Source: Bugula neritina
Taxonomy: Eukaryota; Animalia; Bryozoa
Direction of reading: 5' to 3'
Assembly: GCA_964035545.1 (NCBI GenBank)
Contig: OZ037767.1
Coordinates: 31,016,628 to 31,080,627, forward strand
Length of the DNA: 64,000 bases
Shown here: one piece after another, positions 27,301-43,754 of the stretch
Layout: each line of letters opens with the position of its first letter
Numbering within the stretch: position 1 is the first letter of the stretch
Made by a program: the position numbers and the translations under genes
The notes under the pieces: generated by a model
What the model was told of the DNA's origin: nothing
Seen by the model: the letters and a program-made list of their open reading frames with translations, nothing else
The model's database searches: none

Positions 27301-29926
27301 AAAAATAAATTATTTATCTGTATTTTGATAATCATTATTTTACTCCAAGGTCTACAGTGCTACTTCACTACTGGAATTTAGGTGCAGTAGTAGAGAAAAA
27401 GTCGTCGAAATTTTAATAGCCCAAGTGCTTGAATTTTCTTAGAGTTCTTGATTGGGGCACAAATTGAAATTCTCGTGAGAAAATAACTTCTTTTGATACA
27501 TTTCTAATCTGCAACACAGGCTTTTCTCAGCTTGTCTATTAGTGCACCTACCTCAAATTTGGCCAGTGTTAGGTGTATCGAGTAATAGATCTATAGTAGA
27601 TATGCTCAATTGATTGTATAGAGTTGTTTCCCCTTATGCTTACTATATATTATAACTTTCTTTCCTTGCATAGTTTTTTTAAGAGTAATTAACTATATAG
27701 TTACGGGATTCACAGGCAGCATATATATTTGCTGTCGCCCAGATAACTCATAAATAGAATAGCCGGTCAGCATTATGTAAATAGCCTTTCTTCTGCAGGT
27801 TTGTCCCTCCCCCAGGCCTACAGTCTGATGAAAACTCGCAGGCCATTGGTCAGACCAAATGACGGGTTCTGGAGGCAGCTGACTCAGTATGAAAAAGAGT
27901 TGAAGAGACGAAAAGTACGCTCAAAGTTTACAGTAAAATATTCATTTGAAGCAATACAAATATTTAGTATGAGTATGCCCATATGTTATTCTATCATTCA
28001 CTAGCCTCCAACTCAATGGTGTTACTGTGAAACCCAACAGGCATTAACTGTCAACATTAAAAGACATCAAAGTTGGCTACGATGTATGGAAAGGCAGCCA
28101 TTGTTGTGATTTCTATCAGCAAAATACCAGAGTTTATGCAGACGTTTTCCTAGTTAGTTGAACAATTGTGTGTTTCCTGCTTATGAAATTGTCATTCCAC
28201 TTCGTCAAGCAAATACATTCGTGTAGTGTATAGACGGTCAGCTGTATGTGATTACATTGTAAGTTAGCTTTGTTGGTAGAAATTTTTACGATTTGAAGTT
28301 TTTGAAGAGACAAAACAACTGCTAAAACCCAAATCTCTGTCAAATTTCTTAATTTAAAAAAAGGCATAAAAGCACTGCTCACCAGTTATTGCTGTGTTGA
28401 AACTTTGGCTACAGTATCTTTACACTGTGCCAAGTTTTACTAAAATATCACACAAGGAAGTTGTTCGAGTTGGTCTTTGGAGTTGATATTTTGGTGTGAA
28501 ACTTATGCCAGCTGGCTCAGGCATTTGATATTTTAATAGTGTTTATCTAGATGTGGAAAATTATACTTATTAGGTCTTATTACATGAACTGCAAGCTGGT
28601 GGCAACTTTAGAAGTTGTAACCAAAATAGTGGCTTTCAAGTAATGGAACTGTTCATAAACTTGTTCTCGTCTTCAAGTTCTACTTGACTGAAACTTTAGT
28701 GTTTTGATATTTGACTGTATTTAGATAAGAACTATGGCAACCAGCATGACTAATATTATATTGTTTCTATTTGATATATAATAATATAATATAATATATA
28801 ATAATATAATATAATATAATATATAATCACATACTGTATAACCTTATAATCTCTTTCTCAAAAGACTAGTTTTCATTTTTTTATTTCATGTGGATTTTAG
28901 ACTGAGGCCAAAAACCCATCAAAACCAGGTGACAAATATCGAACTCTGCTATTCTAATAGCCTAAGTTCATATTCTTTAGCAATTAGGGGTGAGTGCCAT
29001 GGCCTCTCGCTAATAGTTCCTCCAATCTAGCTGTACAATTCCTAGACTAAACTGGCTCTCCTTTCCTTCCACTCAACTCTTTTCTGTCATTTAGCCTCTG
29101 GTTTCCTGTCATTTGTTATAATATTTAGGGGGGATGACAAACTCTTCTCTAATACCTGTGGTGAAGGAAATTTTAAGCTGGAATGTTTTGCATGGCTAAT
29201 TTTTATTAACAAATATAATGGCTGGTGTCTTCTTAATAATCTCCAAATTTTTGATTTGAGAAATTGTCTTACCTTATAACAGCAGTTTTAACATATGATT
29301 TGTGTGTTATATAGATATTATTATATATGCTTCTAGTTCCTATTGCATTTCTGTATTTCATGTATGCATCCATATACATGAGGTTATATATATGAATTAG
29401 TTTATAACAGACTATATTTAACTCAAATCCTTACATTCAGCAAACTTATTTGTAAATTGTACTATTGACTACTTCAAAATTGTTATGACCTACAGGAGAA
29501 AATAACTCCCGAATAATTATTATCACTTTTCAGGCTCTAAAGTCTAGCACTGTGTCAAAAGAACTTCAATCTTCATTCTCACAAATTGATCTAAATGGTA
29601 AAGAGGCAGGGAATCCTTCTATGACAGTAACACGGTTATCGAGTGGCAGAGTTAGCCACCCGTTGCACGCAACAAAGGCAGGTAACAGTGGGACTAGAAG
29701 CAGGAGAAGCATTCCTAGTCTGCGTTCCTTACCAAATCCTAGTGGCAGTGCGGGTGTCGCCAGAGACGGCTCTCCTCATAAACTAGGAACTCTGCGTCAC
29801 TCTGGACGGGTGGAGGACACGGGCTTCCAACCGAGTCGACAGGCCTTAGCATTTAGTACTATGAGACGTGGTGATCACTGGTCCACCACTTACAACAGCG
29901 ATTACTCCCTTTTTAAAAGGCACTAA
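21335..29926 (+). CDS. Atypical dual-specificity protein phosphatase (DUSP14/18/21-like catalytic domain) with long disordered N- and C-terminal extensions
   Basis: Exons 21335-21900, 23994-24112, 24976-25124, 26153-26327, 27799-27914, 29534-29926, with a possible extra exon at 28901-28928. Motifs: V-D-D acid loop, VLVHCMAGISRSSTLCIAYLM active site, RPLVRPNDGFWRQLTQYE. Confidence 0.92.
24533..24925 (+). repeat. 18-bp minisatellite, ~22 copies (RAGTGGAAGGTGTAAGTT), in a DUSP intron
   Basis: Near-perfect tandem array with a 3-unit higher-order pattern of G,G,A variants. Confidence 0.95.
26302..26516 (+). repeat. 46-bp repeat x~5 duplicating the DUSP catalytic exon end and donor
   Basis: ...TTATGAAATATAAAG|GTACTCAGTCTAACACTCTGT with GT at 26328, 26374, 26420, 26466, 26512. 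Confidence 0.92.
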
Positions 29927-30027
29927 CTAGCACTACTATAGGCGGTAATTAGCACTACTATAGGCACTAATTAGCACTACTATAGGCACTGGCTAGCACT
30001 ACTATAGGCACTGGCTAGCACTACTAT
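29918..30027 (+). repeat. 22-bp repeat x5 starting across the DUSP stop codon
   Basis: Unit AGGCACTAACTAGCACTACTAT; the first copy is R-H-TAA. Confidence 0.88.
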
Positions 30028-31530
30028 AAGCAGTAGTAGCTAGCAATAGCTGCATATTAAATGTGGTGTTTTGCTCACTCCAAATTATTTCATAGCCCAG
30101 TTGCGTATTTGAAAATGTGAACTAGTTCACTGGTTTGCTATTGTGTACAGATAATATTACTGTATTTTCATAAACTAGATAGCTTGATCCCAATATATTG
30201 TAGAGCTAAGGATCTGGCTATATGATATCACATGCTCATCTTACTCTATTTATACATGTTTATATTCTTATGTCAGACCTACATTATATACTTGTTTTTT
30301 ATATTATCAAATTCATGCTTACATCGAGTCTGTAAAACATTGTCTATTATATTATCACTGCCACTGGTTTTGTAATAAATTCACGTTAACAAATAATGTA
30401 ATTTTTCCACATGCAGCTGCCAAAGTTATAATATATGTATTTGGGACTATCAGTCAACACCTAATATTTATTGCACATAAAACCATCAGGGTAAAATAAT
30501 GTTCATCAGAACAAAATGGGAATTTCCATACATACAAGATCTTCAGTATGCAACTAAATTTTGCATTATAAACTTATAGCTACAACATATCATATTAAAC
30601 AGTTGTTGTCCCCTTGCCTAACTAAATTGGTCTGCAAATAGAAAGCCATCAATTGCTTGTAGTTTAGATTTATGTTCTCATTCTCATTAGTTGAGTTTTT
30701 TTATTTTCAAAGATGTGTTTTCGACGAGCGTGATGTGTATCATATTTATATGCCCGGTAAACCTTCCCGTTCGACTAGAAATAATTGTGCCACGAGCCCA
30801 TTTTTTGCTTGTTTTAATCAGTTTCCGAATTAACTGTACACAAGTGCAAAATCAAACCTTTTAGTAGCGTTGAATTCATATTAATGTTAATGATTTTTAT
30901 CATATTCATTGTAATTATAGCGTCAATATTATAATTATTGTTCATTAATGCGCAGTAAAAACTAAACGTTTATTACGTTTTACCTCAGCACTTGAATTTT
31001 AACCACATCTATAACTTCTAAGCATAACTCAAACTGTAACTTAGTCTTACAGTTTGAATTACGCTTAGAAGTTAGAAAGTGTAAGGGCTAACAGTAAGAC
31101 TAAGACTAACAGTAACTCTAAGTCGAAGTCCAACACTAGCACTAGCAGCAACATTAACACTAACAGCATGAGCAACAGTCTATGTTAGACTTGAAGTTAA
31201 TGTTATAGTTTAGGTCTGGGATTTAAATTCATTCAGTGCGTATGAATATAATTATAACTAAAACTGTAAGTGTTAGTGTAAGACTATACAACTACAAGTA
31301 TAATTTATTTTCCAACATTAACTTTAGGTTTTAGTTTAACTTATACTCATAGTAATAGTTATTCTTTCATGCTTAATCATTGCAATTCTATAATCACTTT
31401 CATCTTCTCTGACTATGAGGATTATTTTGGTCATGGTAAATAGCTGAGTACTTTTAAATTCCCATTTTTATATTTAAACACATGTCTGTCTCTCATCTTA
31501 ACAAGCTAAATTGGTAATTGTCAGGTTGTT

Positions 31531-35501
<3,971 letters not shown>

Positions 35502-36504
35502 ATAGAAACATTTCAAATAGAAAAGCAGCTACCTTGCTACTTGATGAAGCCAGTCTATAAATAGAATGTACGTGCAATCATGACGTATGCATACTCTATT
35601 ACTGTGAATACAATTTTATTATTTATTCTCTTTGTAGCTTATTTTAACTTTCCTCAATTTTAAATAAACATCACGTACCAAAAATAGTTTGTTACTTTTA
35701 CGAATAATTAGAAATTTGTGCGAGGTTGGTTGTTCAGGTGCAACTACATAGTATTTCCTGAAAGTCATTGTAATTATTGTTTAAGGAGTAGTGTTGATAT
35801 TAAGAAGTAGCATAAGGAAACTTGTATTTAAATTAAATTGGCTGTGTGTTTCTGCAGCAAGTTTGAAGAATTGAATTCACATAAATTGATCTCAATTAGT
35901 TTTTACTTTGAATAATGGTTCAATCAACAATTAACAGAGACTAGTTATGATTGAAACTACTCTGTTTATTAATAAAATATATCATAGTATATAATATCTG
36001 TACTTTGGCTACTGAGGCAGCGTGTATTCGAATAGAATCGGCAGCTGGTCATCAGTTATTAGGAGAAACATAAATGAAACAGCACAACGACTAAGTATAT
36101 AAGGTTTGAGCAATTAGCAAGGTGAGGAAGAATGCAAGAAAGTCTTTTAGGAAGAAATTTCAACACAATTTTCTTATTGATGGTCGAAATGAGATTTCTT
36201 ATACATCTAACTTAAGGGCATAGGGTTGAGATCCCGTCTTGGAAGCAAACTGTATATTAGAGTACTAAGTCTATGACTATCATCATCATATAACAAAGTT
36301 GATGAAGAATTACATGAAAGTGTGTGTCTACACTAAACTACGGGATGTTTAACTAGGATAATCGGCGAAAAATTCAGACACTTTGATATTGAGCCCCATG
36401 AATTCTAAATGATGTTCACAACATAAAAACAATGTAGTAACACAAGGATATATAATCAGATTTGCTTTTTGTTATTGATTGATTTGTTGTGGTGAGCTTA
36501 GGAG

Positions 36505-39500
36505 TTATTTTCTCAACCACGGCTTTTTGACAATCTTTCTGCATTCTGGCCACTCGAATCTAGTCTGGTACTCTGTGTGATTTGGCGTGTAAGTTACCTG
36601 CAGGATAAAAGGCTGTAATTAGTCTACAAAAATAACTCATTATAAACAACAGGCAGTCAAATCAAGACATAATTTGTGTTTGATAATTATAAAACACTAA
36701 GCAATAATAAAGGTGCCCATAAATTATGCTGTTAATATTCATGCATAGCAGAAAACATGGATAATACCAGAACATCTTGTAAGTGTGATGGGTGGTCAGC
36801 GAATACAAATGATTCTTTATATTGTATAATCTTCATTGAATTTTTTATAATTTTTATAAAAAAAGGATGACTTACGGCAGCTGTAGGTCTGCCGTAGTAG
36901 GAGAAGTCAGGAGTAGGGTTTATGTTAAAGTGAGTCAGTTTCTCTGGAGCTCCTTTCTGGTTGTATCTCTTCATGTATTCTGTGATGCCAGGGAACGTAG
37001 TGTTGATTCCACACCTTTCCTGAATAGACTTGGTAGGGGGCGCGTTGTGACTCCTCGTCTTGGTAGCTTGGAGTGGGTTCATGTTGTCAATGGATAGGTG
37101 AGTATCTGAAATCAGAAGAAATGCAATTTTTTCTTCTCAGTAAAAGATTTCAATAGTCTAATTTTTAAGGTTTTTATAAAAAAATCCCGCCAATCAAAAC
37201 TTCCTGTAGAATTTACTCGTTATGAGCAGACTGGCAAAGCAGGCAAACAAAACACTTTAAGCCTAACAAGAACTTTCAGCAGAATTACAACAGGTATGCG
37301 GATAAAAGAGCAGTTGTGGTCTAGTAGTTAGAGCAGTGGCTGGCCTTAAGTATAACCCCTTCTACAAGGTCACGTGTTTGAATTCTGATGGATCATCTTT
37401 GGTGTTGTCAAGAATTGCTCTTATACCACTTTAAAAGCTCCGAACCTCTCCCAACTATGTTACCAGCATGTCCCCCTAAGAACTTTTATTTTATCAATAG
37501 TTTTCACAAACTTTAAAAACATGAGTGTATTATTGTTAAAGTCTCACTGTATTCATCCAGTCGCCGCCTTGGTAAGCTGGCTGGAAGGAACACTTTGCCT
37601 GAAACAACAATACATTAGATTAGATACTGGATATATAGAACATTCTGAATTAGGTAGAGATCAATTCTATGTAGGATATAGTTATAGAGATCAATTCTAT
37701 GTAGGATATAGTTATAGAGATCAATTCTATGTAGGATATAGTAAAGAGATCAATTTTATGTAGAATATAGATATAGAGATCAATTCTATGTAGGATATAC
37801 GTCAAGACAAGTAATATCTAATTAAGATACTAGTCTCTGTGTATCATGAGCCTACAGTATGTGTATCACCCACCAGGTGGTTTCTCTCCATTGTACTGCT
37901 GTGGGGTGCTGTAGGAATTTCTCTGCGAAGGATCCAACCAGGCCATGCCTAGCTTTGTCGGGTCCCTTGACCCCCGAGTCAAATTGTGCCGATAGCCCGT
38001 GTACCTATCGGTCACTCCGATGTAATCACAGAACTGGTCTATCCTGCCCTGAGCTGACTTGGCATAGGGGTGAAGGTCCTAAGGCACACTATACTTATAT
38101 ATATTGCGACTATTGTTCTCATAATTTCAAAACGATTAGCAAAGGTTAAATATATAACACTCCATTCATGTAAAATGAACTGTATATAGTAAAGTTCTAT
38201 TCTATGAGCATGTCTAAGCTTTGAAAATATTTGATCTGAGTTTGAAAAATAAATTTGTAGCTGCTTGCATAAAGAATTAGTTTGCCTTGAAGTCAGATAG
38301 AGTGACCGTGTGTACACTATCTATATATCCATTTGTATTTATTTACATATAAATACAAACTTGAATTATAAAACAACTAAAAATAGAATATTGACATTTT
38401 ATGTGAGTTTCAGTGACTAGATTAATATACATTAGCTCATGTTATCACGATTATTACATTAGAAAAAAATAAACACCATTATTAGGCTTTTACAAAATTA
38501 ACAACAAGGAAATTAGTTGAACTGTAAATGTGCAAGGATAATTGATATAACAGGACGCCCCATATAGTCAGTTTGGTGAGAAAATTGTACAATTAAATAC
38601 TGAGCAGTAAAATACATTATTCAGTAAAAAGAGTTTTCAAATGTAGAATTTGTTGAAAGGTTTAAATAACACTGCAAGTTTTGTGCACAAATAAAAGCTC
38701 CTACTCATCCATAGTTACAATGTAAGTAAAAATCGTAAATTACTAAATGCTAGTAACATGGATTGAGGGTGTCATCCTAAATAACATTGCTTGGAGTTAA
38801 TTTAATTGCCTGATCATTATAACCAATTGTACTAGAATGTTAAACTGGTACTTTTAATCATCAAAGCAACTTGAATTTAACTTAGATAATAATTCATATA
38901 AATTTGTTATTACAATGTTCAAGGGTCAATTGCTGCTTGATGAGCGTAGAAAAACCTAGAAGATGCTTCAAACACAGAAAAAGAAATTGAAACGTTTCTT
39001 TTACAACTATAAATTTGCTGTGCAATGAAGTTTAAGTATAGTGCAAAGAAAACCTGGTGACAAAGTGAAATGAGTTGAAATAAATTATATATCATAGATA
39101 CAAGTATAAGTTACAAGACGAAATAAATTACACGGTTTTCACTTACATCTAGCTCAGGATTTATGGGCTACAGAGGCAAAGGAAACACTCATGTAATGAC
39201 ATAGCATCCTACACCATTATCACTACTTTTGGTAAGATACAATGCTCATACTTATTTACATAATGCATTTTATTTATTAGTTTAAAATTTATTAAACATG
39301 ATCATTTTACAATTTTAATATTTAATTGAATTATTATAAGCTGTAATGACACAGTTAGAGCATTTATTTTTTAAACTACTTTTTACTAAAATCAACAACA
39401 CAAGAGATAAAAACAGGCTGCTTTGAGAGTATTGCTATATATACTCAGTATTGGACAACAAATAAACACATAGATTAAAATACACCTACTCTTTTAATGC

Positions 39501-40482
39501 TTCCCAAGTTGTCACCAGCCCATTGATGCATTTCTCTTACTTGATTTTCTTGCAAAGTTTGAACTTTAGGAATGCCAAAGTTACCTTTATACTGCCCAAC
39601 GAATGAAGTGCCGTTGGCTATTTTAGAAGCAGCCTCTAATAAACAGATAATTTATATTTTTTATAAACAAATGCACAAGCTTCGCAATACAAACTAGTAA
39701 GCTGATTTAGTTCTAGTAGAATAAAAATTTAACTGCAAGCACTATAAAAAACTGAATCTACCTGCTTTTTCTTTATTTAAATCTTCTGTGTTGAACCGAT
39801 GGCCCCATTGTTTAGAAGATGTTAGAAAGTCTGAGTCTAGTTTCATGTGGTTAACTCCATTGTTTATTCCACTCATTTCTCTATTCAGCTCATGAGTTAC
39901 ATAATATTGCCCTGACCTCACATCCCTAAGATTGTTCTGAAGACCATCTATAGCAAAATCAACTTTTCAAAATACTAATTATATTACACAACATAAATTT
40001 ATTTTCTAAACCACTTTTGTAAAATAATTTTGAAGATTTTAGTTTGAAGAAAATTCAATCAATATTTTGGTTTAATAAGTTAAAGTTCAAGTATATTACA
40101 AATATACCTAACTTGTTTTTAACTAGTGCAAAATATAATCATAATGATGATAACAATATCAACTCACTAACTGTAACACTAACATAAACTCAACATAAAC
40201 ATTAACATTCAAATAACTCAAATTTTAAATCTATTATACACAATAAGATTTACTATTATACTCTAATAGTACATATAATATTACTATTAGTATTTGCTAT
40301 AGTATTACTTTCAGTATTACTATTAGTGGTGGAGGGTTTAGCTATAACTGATGGAGACTATGACTATCACTATCAATATCAGCAGCATTGGGTTGACGGT
40401 TTGCATTATTAATTTTAAAAATCTACTTACCAGAAGCATAGTTAAATGAGTGTGCTACGTTTGGTTGCAAAACTGAAGCCAT
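36505..40482 (-). CDS. Uncharacterised ~310-aa protein, 8 exons, possibly a ciliary/flagellar microtubule-inner-protein-like protein
   Basis: Exons 40431-40482, 39762-39947, ~39541-39638, 39147-39167, ~37874-38078, ~37548-37598, ~36876-37105, 36505-36597 join into one open frame: MASVLQPNVAHSFNYASDGLQNN...PINPELD DLHPYAK...FPGITEYMKRY...INPTPDF...HTEYQTRFEWPECRKIVKKPWLRK*. The functional guess rests only on TEYxxxY/F motifs. Confidence 0.75.
37655..37799. repeat. 30-bp minisatellite x~5
   Basis: Unit AGAGATCAATTCTATGTAGGATATAGTTAT. Confidence 0.9.
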
Positions 40483-40484
40483 AT

Positions 40485-40640
40485 TTCCAATTGAAAAAAT
40501 AAAGTTGTAAAATTTGTTAGTGTGTAAGTGTGAGTATTACCAATTCATGTCTGCAGCAAAATTGTTGTTGCTAAGTTACGCAACCGGAAACCTAGCTCAA
40601 ATGGTTAATTGACCGCTTCTATGTCAAGGCTAAAGTTTAG
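40485..40640. promoter_or_regulatory. Probable bidirectional promoter (uncharacterised gene / AFG1L)
   Basis: Short interval upstream of the minus-strand ATG with an ETS-like ACCGGAAA at ~40583-40590; AFG1L begins on the other strand. Confidence 0.45.
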
Positions 40641-41776
40641 TCTTGCCGTGCTATAATTATTAATAATAATTGACAACACACTCATAGATATTATTATTAT
40701 TGTCACAGAAATTATTAATTATTTATTGTATCAATTACTATTATTATAATTACTGTCGTTGTTTAGAATTATAACTAAATATATTAAATAATAATAATTA
40801 GATAGTTAGAAGATTTAAGCTTTTTAAATTGCAACTTGAACTGTTGAAATTCTACTTCATGTTGATGACTTGATCATCAGATCATCATGATTATGTTCAT
40901 GTTGGCAAATTGAAATATTTTACTTGTTTTTCAGTTTCACTTTAGTTTAAGTTTTAATTTTATTTTTTGACTTTACAGTTTTTGCTAAGTAGAACTAGCA
41001 AGACCGGCCTACGGCTACAAGTACAAAGTCAAATGCAAGACTATAGTCAAAGACTAAACTAAAGACTAAAGAGAAAATCACTAACATAGACACTGACTTC
41101 AATCTGAAGTTACTGCTAGTGTTACTGTTTATGTTAGTTACTTTTTATTTTTCAACTTCAAGTTGAAGACTAAAAATAGATATAAGGTAAAGTTATTAAT
41201 TTTAACGTTAAGTAATATTCGTGTTGATATTAATTTATAATTTAATAATTATAACATTTATTATCATTATGCTAGTTATTGATATTGATATTCATATTTC
41301 AGTTGATATTTATATTATTATTAATATTAATTGTTATAATAAAATCTACATCATTATCGTAATGATTATGATTACTTGGATTTAGTGTCATAGCGGCACT
41401 TTCATCATTATTCCTAATACTTCAGCTTCAGGGTAACCTGAACTTTACTTTGCAGTTGCGAGTTGGAGCTACACTTGCTGTGAGTGTGACTGTCACTGTG
41501 ATGTTGATGATACTAGTTTTATAAATTATTATTATAATTATCTGTTTTACCAGAAATTTAGTTGGAAGTGAAACAATACATTGAGTTTAAAATTGATGGC
41601 AGCAACAAATTTATTTGGAAGCTAAAACTAAAATAAAAATTTGAAGTTGAACTGATGATCAAAATTTAGATCAGTTGATATCAAGTTTAATTTTCTCGGT
41701 ATAAGTATTAGTGTGTTGCATTTAGTAATTTACTGTAGCTGTACCAGTGTGGCGCTATCAGCGAGGGTATCTCTGG

Positions 41777-43692
41777 ATGGCCCTCAAAGGGAAAAGCTTT
41801 AACTTATTGAAAAGCTCTGTAATCTCAAGTTTTAGTAGAAGTCTTGCTGGCAACTGTTTTGGTAAGTTTTATTTATGCAAAATATTATCTAAGGCTAAAG
41901 CTAATTTTTTTATTAAGAAAGGAAATCAGAGTGAGTATAGGTATTTTGCAAAATGAATATTGCTTGCATTTGCTAAAAGTGAATTGTGATGCTTCTGTTC
42001 CTGCTGCATTTTATATCTTCCTAATTAATTTGTCAATTACTTGTGTATTAAAAAAAGTTTTGATATAGAAAAGTAGTGGGGATATTTAAAGGCTCCAAAT
42101 AAAATTAAATAATACCTATTATATACATTAATATCTTCCTACGTCGTAGAATATATGCTTCAGTGGCTAGAATTTATCCATCTCAAGTTTGCTGATACAA
42201 AGAATGCTGACATAAAATCTTAAAGTTTTAAATCACTAACTTTTGTTTCATGTTTTGGCTGACACCAACTTTCAAAACAAAGTTGTTAGCTCAAAGCTTA
42301 GTATGTTGTTGCATATTTTGTATAAATTTTATGTTCTATTTTATCTCAATTGTATAGAGCGTCAGTACAGCACTTACAGTCCAATACAACTGTATGAGCA
42401 GAAGGTATCAAGTGGCAAACTCGAGCATGACTCACATCAACATGATGTCATGCTCTTGCTCGACAAGCTAGCATTGCAAGTCCAAACTTATCAACCTCAA
42501 AAGCAGTCATTATTCTCACAGGTGATTTCTATCTGCATTTGAAGTTTTAAACTGGTTTTCAACTCTTATGAAATTAAATGATCTCAATAAATGTTTATAT
42601 TATTTTAGATGTTTTCTCGTAAAGATATTCCGGAAGCTCCCAAGAGTTTTTACCTTTACGGAGGGGTTGGTCAGTTACAGTTTCTAGTATTTGGTTTAAA
42701 AATAATTTAGTTTTGCCAGATTTCACCCTGGTGCTGGTTATTTACTTTATGGTTCAAGCTGAGCTGTCATATAGTTTCACTATTATGTAATAAATCTGCA
42801 TGCATACAAGGAATATTTTCTTTGCTAACAGGTACAGGAAAAACTATGCTCATGGATTTATTCTATAGTGCTGTTCAAACTTCTAAGAAACAACGAGTCC
42901 ACTTCAACGCTTTTATGTCAGATGTACACAAAAGTAAGTTAGCTTTCAGCTGCACATGTGAGTAACTTAGACTGCTTCACTTCTGTTTCTCATAGTAGCT
43001 TCAAATGTAAGTAGTTGTGTTAACCTTTCTAGTCTCCATTTCTGTGAGAACCCCTAATTACAATGGTTATTAAAGACTGTGTCTTATACCATACTGACAA
43101 CATAGTTTGAGGGCTTACTGGGGCACAGAGGCTTTTCCTGACATCACTATGACCTTGAAACATGCCATAACTTGTCTCTCATTAGGCCTGCGCTACAACT
43201 TCTAGACCACAGCTGCTCTGTGTATTTGTGTTTAGATGTTGTGTGTCATAAGCTACAATGATTTATTTCCCCAACAGATATTTGCATCTGTTTTCTGATT
43301 GTGAAAAGTGTTAATAGTTTACATACTTTATCGAGAATACAACTTTCAAAAGTGAGCATTATTTTAATTGATTCATAGATTAGCAATTTTATGGACTTTT
43401 ACAAGTGATATTGTTTTTGAAATTTGCACACACCGCACTCGCGCGCACTCATAACACACACCCTCTCTCGAGTTTGAGTTGTGCTAACCTGCAGTGTTCT
43501 GCCTCAGCCCTCCTAATGTAGTGTAATTCTCTGATTTGTAGAGATTCATGCGGTGAAATCCACCGTCCCTAAACAAGTCAACGTCCGGAAATACGAGTCT
43601 TTCGATCCGATACCTCCAGTTGCCGACCTCTTAGCTGATAAATGTTCGCTCTTGTGTTTTGATGAGTTTCAGGTGAGACACGCCCACATGTG

Positions 43693-43754
<62 letters not shown>

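Noticed and set aside
31020-31370. Interstitial telomeric repeat
   Set aside because: No run of perfect TTAGGG/CCCTAA; only a loose hexamer resemblance, reported as the periodic tract
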